A program made the position numbers and the translations under genes. A DNA stretch of 33,440 nt from Squatina squatina (taxonomy: Eukaryota). The first letter of the stretch is position 1. Each line of letters begins with the position of its first letter. Below the pieces are notes generated by a model. The model ran no database searches, was not told the origin of the DNA, and saw nothing but the letters and a program-made list of their open reading frames with translations. This document shows, piece by piece, positions 24,006 to 33,440 of this stretch. The stretch is from assembly GCA_031763465.1 (NCBI GenBank), contig JARFOE010000115.1, positions 21,886,523 through 21,919,962 of the forward strand, written 5' to 3'.

Positions 24006-26581
24006 CAACAGTAAGCTGAGCTTGCAGTATGCCAAGGTGCACCTATCCAGTGACTAAACCGCACAGCTGTGAGGAAGGATCTGAGCTTGCAATTATTCAG
24101 AAAACCTTGAAAGGGCAAAGTAAACCAACAGCGTGCTATAAAACTAATAAAACTTTTCAACACATTGAACTTGATATTAGCTGCACGCCTAGCACATATA
24201 TGACCTTGCTATTCAAACCCCCTGTGGTTATGATTGTAGTATGAGTGCCAAAATATGGAAAAGGCAAAAAGGTACCGAATTCAATTAAGATAAATGGGCA
24301 ATAAAGCATTATTATTGATAATATTACATTAGGGAAACACGAGTCGTGTCCTTAAACTAAAACTGGGTTTTTCAGGTAAAACAAATGTGCTACCATAAAA
24401 CGATAAACTGTTAGCTCCAGTTGTTAAATTGCTGACAGCGGACAATAGCAATCCCAAAGGTAGGTGGGGACAGCTGTCTTTGTGAGCAACTTGCAGTAAT
24501 TAAACCTTAGTTTACCCTTAAAGTGCTAGTGTGTTAACCATACTGAATGGCAGATTTTTCAGCCGGTGAAGTATGTCAATATAACTAAAGAGATCATGTA
24601 TTGACAAGATGAACTGTGTGATTAGAATTGCTTAATGATTTTAGCAGTAGTATTTTTTCCTTATCTTTCTGGAAATGGGTCTGTTGCAAATTTTTTGCAT
24701 TTGTTTAAGTAAAATTCCTTTTTAATAATACAACCAAAGAACATTTTGTTGTTCCATTGAATTTATAAGCTGAAAAGCTGATAGCAAGCAGAAGGTTCGA
24801 CGTAACTATTGCTCCTAAATTACATTTTTATCCCAAAAAATGTCAAGAGGACTCTGAGGTAATAAAATTGCTAAAACTTTAATAATAGTTTCAACTTATT
24901 TATACACTTACCTTTGTTGCTGAGTCCCATGCCAGAATCATCAGCTGCTTGCCAATAACTACATGATATTAAGGAAAGTTGCGATAGGAGATCTAGTTGA
25001 AATATGAGCACACAAAGGGCATTTTTCTATATCTGCAGATTATTTCTTGTTTGCTTAACCAGAACCAAATGTTTTTTTTTCAAATTGGAAATGACTGTCT
25101 ATTTTCAATTAAACACAAAATACTCAAATTTGGAGTAACTTATTTTGAATCTCTCCCTTGACCTTTCCATTGCTGCAGTTTCCACAATGTTTGCTGCTTC
25201 TACACTGCTAGAAAGCTGGTTGAGTAAATGAGCTGTAAACACTTTGATGCATTCAATGTGTAAAACTGGAATCTCTGTTTATGAACANNNNNNNNNNNNN
25301 NNNNNNNNNNNNNNNNNNNNNNNNNNNNNNNNNNNNNNNNNNNNNNNNNNNNNNNNNNNNNNNNNNNNNNNNNNNNNNNNNNNNNNNCACACTTAAGAAA
25401 GCACTTCATTAGCTTTGAAGCACATTTTTCTTTTTTTCTCAGTGTTCAGAGTAGAACTTACTTTAGGACTTGCAATTTTGAGACTGGAATATGTACCACA
25501 GCTGAAATTCTAGAGGACAAAACATTTTTCTTCTGGTGGCTTTCAAGATCCAAGGCTAAAGCCAACTCAAAGATGGTTTTAATACCACTCTGAGTAACTA
25601 AGTAGTTAAATGCTTGGAAATGACTGGAGTCTTACCCCAGCAAGGTAGAATTCTAGCTATTCACATGCACTGGGAACGACCTATATGGCAGTTCTCAATG
25701 TTAGCTACACGATTGTGGTTAGGTGTCAATTGCTGGTCAGCTACTTTCCCAGAGGGAGGAAACAAATATCAGAGTGACAATCACTTTGAACCACCATTGT
25801 GGCCGGGTACACACTAGCATTTGAGTGGACTTCAGAGCAAATCTCCTGCCCATGCTATCCCTCAGGAATTATCTAGATTACAGGGAGGTCATAGGTAGTA
25901 ATAATCAAAAATCTAGTATTTTTTACTGATCAAGTGCAGATTATTTCTCAATAAATGTGTAGTAATGAGGAAAGAATTTCTAGTCAATAAAGGTCATGCA
26001 TGAATGCTCAACGTGCTCGTTCTGCCTTCCTGTGTGTGCTGTAAACATGTTAACACCTGCAGAATAACGGCACACAGAGGAATGCATTGTGAGTGCGTAA
26101 TGCATTCATATGTGAACTTTGCCGATTGGAATTTCTACCATATGTTGTTATGGACTGTTAATACCCTTGTACACATTAAGGACAGTGAGGCACTGACGGA
26201 CTCTGCTAGTTCTGCAGGGTTCTGCTGACCATCCGCCAGTACGTTGGTGCAATCCGAAAATTAGCATCAATGGTATTTACATAATTTCTCCAGAGTTTTG
26301 TGGCCCATCTGCCAAAGATCTGAGAGGTCTCAAATATTTATTCCCGATATAGAAGTGTTTTTTCTGAGTAGCCCTACTGTTGGGGACCACTTTGCTTCCT
26401 TTTAGTGTAATTATATGATTTATGTGCAATGCAAACACCAGTGAGGTGGCAGCCTCACTGGTGGTGCTGAGTGTCTTTTGGGACTGAACTCTATCTCTAC
26501 CTGTATCATCTTAGTGCCCAACTACTGGTTCCATTTCACCTACAGCTGAATGAACTGCATGCAAATATAATCTTTGCTGTT

Positions 26582-26857
26582 AAATCTAGAGGCACAAAAT
26601 ATAAAAGGAAAGAGGTATTGGTGAACTTGTACAAGATCTGAGGGTATAATAAGAGCATTGTGTGCAGTTTTGGGCACCAATTATAGGAAGGACACAAAAG
26701 CAAAGGTGCAGTATAGATTAAATAGAATATTACCAAGGGTGGGTTACAATAATGAAGAGACTTTAGAAATTAGGGTTTTCTCCTTTAGAGCTGAGAAGGT
26801 TGAGGGATGATTTGATAGAGGTCTTCAACATTAAAAATGGTTATGATAAGGTAAATA
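26582..26857 (+). mobile_element. Degenerate CR1 ORF2 C-terminal fragment
   Basis: GAACTTGTACAAG..GAGCATTGTGTGCAGTTTTGGGCACC (EHCVQFWAP, cf. CR1 LEYCVQFW.P)..AGAAGGTTGAGGGATGATTTGATAGAGGTCTTCAA (RRLRDDLIEVF). Confidence 0.8.
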
Positions 26858-26929
26858 GAACATAGAACATAGAAAATACAGCACATAACAGGCCCTTCGG
26901 CCCACGATGTTGTGCCGAACCTTTGTCCC
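26856..26929 (-). mobile_element. CR1 3' tail inserted antisense into the older CR1; cut by a gap
   Basis: TAGAACATAGAACATAGAAAATACAGCACATAACAGGCCCTTCGGCCCACGATGTTGTGCCG; (TTCTATG)n tail on the minus strand, CpGs retained. Confidence 0.75.
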
Positions 26930-27151
26930 NNNNNNNNNNNNNNNNNNNNNNNNNNNNNNNNNNNNNNNNNNNNNNNNNNNNNNNNNNNNNNNNNNNNNNN
27001 NNNNNNNNNNNNNNNNNNNNNNNNNNNNNCTGAAAGTAATGAAGATGAACAAGGTAGAAGAGATAAACGGAAATCCCGTCTGAGGGAAGAGCAGAACTTC
27101 TTCAAGTTGGGCATTCCTGGAAGAGAAGTGGCAGTGAATTAAACAGTAATA

Positions 27152-27286
27152 CAAAAGCAAAATACTGCGGATACTGGAATCTAGAATATAAACAAAAAAT
27201 GCTGGAAAAGCTCAGCAAGTCAGGCAGCATCTGTGGAGAGAAAAACAGAGTCAACGTTTGGGTCGATGACCCTTCGTCAGAACTGA
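27152..27286 (-). repeat. Penelope-like short repeat, best-preserved copy, hammerhead-like core
   Basis: Minus strand: CAGTT-CTGACGA-AGGGTCATCGACCC-AAACGTTGACTCTGTTTTTCTCTCCACAGATGCTGCCTGACTTGCTGAGCTTTTCCAGCATTTTTTG..TTCCAGTATCCGCAGTATTTTGCTTT. Confidence 0.7.
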
Positions 27287-28039
27287 AAAAAGCCAGAAAT
27301 ACAGCAGGTTTTCATAAACAATTTGCTGAACCCTTTTTCCATTTGTAGAAATTTTGTGAGCCGGAGCCTGAGTTGATTTAAAAGCTGACTTCCATAGATA
27401 GGTTTCTGGAGCTTTGCTTGTGTCACTTTGATGCGCTTTGAACAATAGGGAGTTTTCTCCACAAAAGCTGAATGCAGTGTTGTAACATTGACTGATGAAT
27501 GAGTAGCAGGTAAATTGTTGCAACAAATACGGCAACTGTTCCGTACATGGCCTACAGGTTCACTCATTTCTTCCTCGTTCTCCTTAACAGCAAGTGGGAC
27601 ACAGACGCGACCTTCAATCTTTTTTGGCTTAGTGCCAAAAAGAACACGTTACACCACAAATTCTCCACACCGCTGATGTTAATTAGCAGGCAGCATCAAA
27701 ATACCAGTGCTGCCTGTGCTCTCTCGCCGGGCGGTCGTTAGCCCTGGCCGGCGCTGTTCCCGGCAGGACTCCAACGTCCACGAACTTTTAGCCAAAATAG
27801 TTTTCAGCCAACAGTTTTCAATCAAAATATTGGCAGAATATTTTCTTAATGTTTTTTGAGCTGGTTTAATGTCAGGCAACTTGAAGCAGGCTAAATATGT
27901 CATGAAATATTACACCCTAGGCACACAAAGGTGATTTCCAATCTGTTTCATGTTTGGGATGTGGATTTCCAATTTTAACAAGAGATCTAGCCCATGGCAC
28001 ACATTAATTAATCTTACTCATTTGAACAGATTAGCTTAC

Positions 28040-28279
28040 CCAAATCATGCAGTTTGATCCCTTTGGGTACCATCTGGAGCAGAATAATTGCTGTTTCTTT
28101 TACGAGTGGAAAAACAGATGATAGAACTATTATAACCATGATGATTGTCAGGCTTGGATCAATGTAGCATTCCCAGTTACAGATTTCACCTTTATCAAGT
28201 GGAAATACGTAGAATATAGTAGCAGCAACTACCACCACCACAGATCCCAATGCATCGCCCATTACATGGAGAAGGACAC
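28040..28279 (-). CDS. SLC30A10: SLC30A10 internal exon (exon 3 equivalent; TM5-TM6 and start of the C-terminal domain)
   Basis: 240 bp, phase 1/1, tttctag| acceptor and |gtaagc donor. Encodes (G)VLLHVMGDALGSVVVVVAATIFYVFPLDKGEICNWECYIDPSLTIIMVIIVLSSVFPLVKETAIILLQMVPKG, close to human SLC30A10 GVLLHVMGDALGSVVVV..CNWQCYIDPSLT..LLQMVPKG. Confidence 0.95.
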
Positions 28280-28843
28280 CTAGAAAATAAGAATTTATTA
28301 GTGATTTAACTCTTACAAAGTACAAAAATAAATCAGTGTACAATACTAGTCAGTGATCACTGTTAATCTAAACTGGCTCCCAGTAACGTAATTGTAGTAC
28401 GGGACAGTTTCACATTAATACTGTGCATAAGAAAAAGTCAAGTTAAAGGAAAGACTATTTGACTCGCTGAAGCTTGTCCCTCTAGTACACCAAATCACCC
28501 AGCCTACCATCTAGTTTCATTTTGAACTCACTCAGAGGGGGAGTTTTAATGCGAGTAAGCGCGTAGGTTTGGATTTGGGTGTGTCTGGGGGGTGAAATCC
28601 CGGAAAAATGCAAGCACGTCGGGAAACCGGCTCCAAGCTGCCGACTTCCGCATTTAACCACAGCGCATTAGGCTGCGTGCGGACAACTCCTTTGGGAGAG
28701 GCGGGTTGACAATTTCAATATGTTAATCGCTCAATTGCAGCGANNNNNNNNNNNNNNNNNNNNNNNNNNNNNNNNNNNNNNNNNNNNNNNNNNNNNNNNN
28801 NNNNNNNNNNNNNNNNNNNNNNNNNNNNNNNNNNNNNNNNNNN

Positions 28844-29213
28844 TGGCGTTGACCGCCAGTCCCAGAGCCCCCACCGTCAGCACCAGCTCGACATCGTCGA
28901 TTCTCTGCGGCCTGATCAGCCGGATGACCGCCTCCGCGAAGATGGTGAGAGTCAGCGCGGTGAGAAAGACGGCGTTGGCGAGGGCGCCGACCACCTCGGC
29001 GCGGACAAAGCCGTAGGTGTTGCTGCGGTGCCGCGTGATTTTCGACACGTTGGCCGCCGTCAGCCCGATGGCCAGGGAGAGCAGGTCGGACAGCATGTTG
29101 AAGGAATCCGAGACCAGCGCGATGGAGTTGCCCATGTGCCCCGACACCAGTTCCACCACGAAGAAGACGCCGGTAATCACCAGCATGAAGATCAGGCGGC
29201 AATTCTTGCCCAT
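28844..29213 (-). CDS. SLC30A10: SLC30A10 (ZnT10, CDF-family Mn2+ exporter) first coding exon, 3' part lost in a gap
   Basis: ATG at 29213 in a perfect Kozak context. MGKNCRLIFMLVITGVFFVVELVSGHMGNSIALVSDSFNMLSDLLSL..TYGFVRAEVVGALANAVFLTAL..RLIRPQRIDDVELVL. SDSFNMLSD (Asn) separates it from SLC30A1 (SDSFHMLSD); neighbour EPRS1 matches human synteny. Confidence 0.95.
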
Positions 29214-29222
29214 GGTGGCGGC
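29210..29222 (-). promoter_or_regulatory. Consensus Kozak sequence of SLC30A10
   Basis: Minus strand reads GCCGCCACCATGG exactly. Confidence 0.9.
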
Positions 29223-29340
29223 TGCAAGTGGAGGCGATATGTGGCGTCTTGTGCAGCCAAAACAAACATCACCCCTGTACGGCAAGTCAAGTGTTACTCG
29301 GCTATTGATTGTGTTTGTATCTGTTTAAGATTTTGCATTT

Positions 29341-29388
29341 CATATATAACCTGCCCTGATCCAGTGGAGCAACATATGTCATACGTGG
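29341..29388 (-). promoter_or_regulatory. Candidate SLC30A10 core promoter: TATA-like box and RCGTG (HRE core)
   Basis: TTATATATG on the minus strand at 29341-29349 (~130 bp upstream of the ATG) and TACGTG at 29382-29387. Motif match only. Confidence 0.3.
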
Positions 29389-29862
29389 TTGAAATAGTGC
29401 AGAGTATGGGGAAATCTATCTCAAACAGCATTCCTCACGGCCATATGCTCATTCTTTAAAAACAAATCTTATGGTGATTTTTTTTTGTAATTGTAAAGTT
29501 ATAGTTGTACTTTCTCCCAAAACTTTTTTGACAAGACGACTCTGTAAGAAAACTGAGTCTTCTATCAACCAAATCCTGCGCCCTTATANNNNNNNNNNNN
29601 NNNNNNNNNNNNNNNNNNNNNNNNNNNNNNNNNNNNNNNNNNNNNNNNNNNNNNNNNNNNNNNNNNNNNNNNNNNNNNNNNNNNNNNNCTGTTCCCTTAG
29701 ATGCTCCTCACCAGAGGAGTCCATGGATGTCTCATAAGAATGGCACCCCAATGAAAATGGTGCAGATGGGTAACATACTCATGCAGGTAGAACAATGTTT
29801 AGTTCAAATACATGTATAGTGTGAAGCCTCAAAGTTCATTTATATTTTCTGATAATTGGTAC

Positions 29863-30023
29863 CTGTTATAAAGATTGGTTTGGATTTCCTCCAATAAATT
29901 CTTCAGTTTTGTCTCAGCAGCAGCTTCAGGAATTGTAAGTTTGGTGGCAGTGTCTCGTCTGACAGCCACAAACTGCTGATTTTTCATATCCCGTGGTCCA
30001 ACCTCCAGCCTGATTGGTACACC
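29863..30023 (-). CDS. EPRS1: EPRS1 exon, ProRS anticodon-binding domain (not in the ORF track)
   Basis: 161 bp, attttag| ... |gtacca. Hand translation [53 protein letters not shown](R) matches human [31 protein letters not shown]. Confidence 0.95.
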
Positions 30024-30849
30024 CTAAAATTGGAATAAATGAAAAAATCTTAACCTCATTGAAAATAGCAGCATTTAATATTTGCTGTAGTATAATACAT
30101 TGAAATTGGATGAGCTGCTGTAATAGTTGCTCATAAATCTTTAATAAACTGGGTAAAAGGTTCAGACAGTGATAACTAAGATAAAGGATACCCCTAATAC
30201 TACATACATGTCAAAGTTGAGTTTGTTTGACAAACACCAGACAAACCTTTTCTCTTAGCTATAAGCATCATTATATTTTCTGGGTTTGGTGATAAATTAG
30301 AACTCTGGCGAGTAGCATTTTCTGACATTCTTATTTTAGGACAATTAAGCTAGATGAGTTACTAGTCATACTGATTGGCAGCAGGTATTTTGTGGTCATT
30401 TAAACCTACAATGCACATGGGTTAAAGAAATTCAGAGCGCACTTCAATTATGGCTGCATCTAAAGTTCATGCTATTAAATAGTAGAAAATGCATAAGTAA
30501 CTGTGCATTTGTTCCAATTATAAGTAAAAGTATCCTCAATAAATTACAAGTGTTGACAGTTCAAAACTTCAACATTGTGCCACAGTATCCATGTAGCTCA
30601 CATGGTGTAGGAAAATGACAACAGGCAAATGAGCAGGAAATGGAAATTAATTCTGGTTCTAGAAACTGAACACCTGTCCATCTCTTTATGTAGTGCAAAA
30701 GTCTACTGCTTACATGGTGTTCACTATCTGTACCCTTATGCATTGTGGGCACTATACAGTAACTTGTTGCAAGTCAAAACCTATAATGCCAACAAAACTA
30801 AGCAAAGAGGGTTCATGCATTTCAATACAAACAGAAGTTAACCATTTAC

Positions 30850-30905
30850 TTTCAACTCCCAGTGGTTGAACTTCCAGCCAGGTGAGTAGTTATCCCTCAA
30901 GTCAG
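30850..30905 (-). CDS. EPRS1: EPRS1 exon, 3' part only (5' part in a gap)
   Basis: DLRDNYSPGWKFNHWELK|gtaaat; phase 0, joins directly to GVPIRLE of the next exon. Confidence 0.93.
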
Positions 30906-32344
30906 NNNNNNNNNNNNNNNNNNNNNNNNNNNNNNNNNNNNNNNNNNNNNNNNNNNNNNNNNNNNNNNNNNNNNNNNNNNNNNNNNNNNNNNNNNNNNNN
31001 NNNNNNNNNNNNNNNNNNNNNNNNNNNNNNNNNNNNNNNNNNNNNNNNNNNNNNNNNNNNNNNNNNNNNNNNNNNNNNNNNNNNNNNNNNNNNNNNNNNN
31101 NNNNNNNNNNNNNNNNNNNNNNNNNNNNNNNNNNNNNNNNNNNNNNNNNNNNNNNNNNNNNNNNNNNNNNNNNNNNNNNNNNNNNNNNNNNNNNNNNNNN
31201 NNNNNNNNNNNNNNNNNNNNNNNNNNNNNNNNNNNNNNNNNNNNNNNNNNNNNNNNNNNNNNNNNNNNNNNNNNNNNNNNNNNNTTCACAAAGAATGACC
31301 ATACTGTATTTTGCATATTACTTAGAGCAAGATATATAAGTATAAGAAATTCAGCCATATCTAGTTGAATATCACTTAATAGATATCAGTCATATAGTTC
31401 CGAACGTTATACCCTTTGGCGTTCCGAGTTTAAGACCGAGGCATCATCAACTGTGACCAGCAACCTCTTAATTAATCTTCTCACAAACAAAGCCAGGGTT
31501 CCGATCTTAGCCTAATAATTTGCCTAAAAAGCAATTAACCTTTGAATGAATTTACACAATCGGACATTCTAGCCTTAAATGAACGTAGCTTCACCTGTGC
31601 AGAATACATTGAGCGTTACATGATATAGTATTCGCTTCTTTCAAAACAGTGCATCATCCGATTTACTGTGAGCAATGCCATGGGAGATCGGTTTGCATAG
31701 TATACACACAATGGAAACCCCGATTGTTTTCCAGCAATCCTTTTTACACAGTTTTCCCACAAGTTTATAACATTGGTCAGAGGCTATTCATTTGTAAAGG
31801 TGCAATTGAATTTCCCCCCCACCCTCATACATGTAGGAACAGCAAGTTTCAAAGTACAAGCAAGAAATTTTTCAGTGAATTCACACAGGGGCCAAATTCA
31901 CTCACCCAACTGAGTTTATACGTTTTCCCCTCTCCAATTTCCCATTTTCCGGTGCCCATGTTAAAAATATATATTGTTCCCTGCCGTTTATAGTTGTGCT
32001 TTATACATTCCCAGATTTAAAACTAGAAAATCCATTAACTATACAACTAATGATATTTAATCAGTGCATTTTATTAAGGCCGTTGATTTGATGAAGGACA
32101 CTATAAAACTTTAGACCTCCATTTCGCAATGATGGCTGCCTTGAATCTTGATTAAGTTCGCAAGGACATTATCACTTGTCAAATTATTTTGCAGATTATT
32201 AGACTAAACAGAAACTATAGCATATTATGGATTTCAATGCACTATTTTATCAGTGTCACTTATCCTCGTACAAGGTCTATTCAGGCATTGAGAATGTAAA
32301 CTGCACATGCCAAATTCCCTCATCTTCCAGATACTTTGTTTTTA

Positions 32345-32557
<213 letters not shown>

Positions 32558-32633
32558 CTACAATTAAAAAACAGCACACAAATTTACTGACTAAACCCGA
32601 AATATAATGTTGTTTCAGATCACGAGAGCCAAC

Positions 32634-32815
32634 GGGGTGCATTTTAACACCCAAAAGCAGTGGGTTGGAGTTGGTTCAAGTGTTAAAAATCTGAAACCCG
32701 ACCCAATCTGCCCACTTCCAGGTTTCTCAGAGGCAGGTCAAGGGATCTGCAGCCAAATCGCTCCCAGGTGGCGGGTTGGCATTTTAAATATTTTAATGAG
32801 GCTGGCAGACTGAGT
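32634..32815. mobile_element. Left end of a non-autonomous DNA transposon in an EPRS1 intron
   Basis: Begins GGGGTGCATTTTAAC, resembling the reverse complement of the GTTAAAATC(A)GGGC ends at 3993-4006 and 19772-19785; cut by a gap. Confidence 0.4.
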
Positions 32816-33034
32816 NNNNNNNNNNNNNNNNNNNNNNNNNNNNNNNNNNNNNNNNNNNNNNNNNNNNNNNNNNNNNNNNNNNNNNNNNNNNNNNNNNNNN
32901 NNNNNNNNNNNNNNNGTGGATATCTTGCTCTTGAAGGGTGCTAAAAACAAGTGGTTGCTAATTTTTTCCTCCCCATGTGAATTGGGCAACAAACCTTGTG
33001 GGTCAAACACTTTAAAAGAATCCTGTCCTGTTAC

Positions 33035-33265
33035 CTTCGAAACTTTCTCTGCTTTAAGTTTGCGTACAACTTCGCCTTGTTCTGCCACCTTGCTGTGTAG
33101 TGCTTTCTCATCAAGTCCTGGTGCTTCTGTAGAGGAGATCGTGGCTGCAGTTGCTGGCACAGTCACAGCACCAGGTGGCTTCCCTGGTTTGTACTCTTCA
33201 CAAGTCTTCTGTTTAGACTCCACTTTTAAGGCTAGCTGTGCTTTTACAGCTTCATCTATCTTATC
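33035..33265 (-). CDS. EPRS1: EPRS1 WHEP-repeat exon (helix 2 of one WHEP, linker, helix 1 of the next)
   Basis: 231 bp, ctgcag| ... |gtaaca, phase 0/0. [67 protein letters not shown] and EYKPG are WHEP signatures. Confidence 0.88.
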
Positions 33266-33440
33266 CTGCAGCAGGAAGGAAGACAATTAAACAGAAACAG
33301 GAATAGAAAACAAGACAATTCAATAGAAACAGAAACAGAAAGTAAGTCAAACAAAAGCAGATATAGATAGCAATGCAAAGATATACTGGTGCTGGAACTG
33401 CATGAACACTTCTCTTTTGTATCTCATTATCGTTACAAGG

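Noticed and set aside
27030-27142. Plus-strand peptide RKSRLREEQNFFKLG..REVAVN, faintly like a Penelope ORF end or the SLC30A10 tail
   Set aside because: Wrong strand for both and too short to be significant.
27251-27903. Minus-strand ORFs as a possible last exon of SLC30A10
   Set aside because: No match to the expected VHEVHIWEL..ATLHIK..IFH.AGIH.VTIQ C-terminal domain.
29214-29285. N-terminal extension MPYRGDVCFGC.. of the SLC30A10 ORF in the track
   Set aside because: Starts at a TTG; the ATG at 29213 has a perfect Kozak context and matches the homologous start.
28720-29459. Overlapping plus-strand and alternative-frame ORFs over SLC30A10 exon 1
   Set aside because: Shadow ORFs caused by high GC and codon bias; no recognisable protein.
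33288-33345. GAAACA-like short repeats
   Set aside because: Low-complexity polypyrimidine tract (minus strand) upstream of the WHEP exon acceptor.

Overview
Vertebrate genomic DNA from a gap-rich draft assembly (mostly 100-N placeholder gaps). The repeat content suggests a cartilaginous fish (inference). The right ~5.5 kb holds two minus-strand spliced genes in tandem: four exons or exon pieces of EPRS1 (glutamyl-prolyl-tRNA synthetase; one WHEP-linker exon and three ProRS exons), then SLC30A10/ZnT10 (exon 1 in part and exon 3), which has the Asn-containing metal site typical of the Mn2+ exporter. Several expected exons of both genes are missing and probably lie in gaps. The left ~27 kb is non-coding and holds decayed CR1 and RTE LINEs, tRNA-derived SINEs, Harbinger-like DNA-transposon remnants and four copies of a short Penelope-like repeat with a minimal hammerhead-ribozyme core. 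There is no CRISPR array, operon or other prokaryotic system, and I cannot support a wholly new biological system. The best leads are the hammerhead-bearing repeat, an apparently decaying WHEP exon in EPRS1, and two diverged copies of an unassigned helical ORF remnant.
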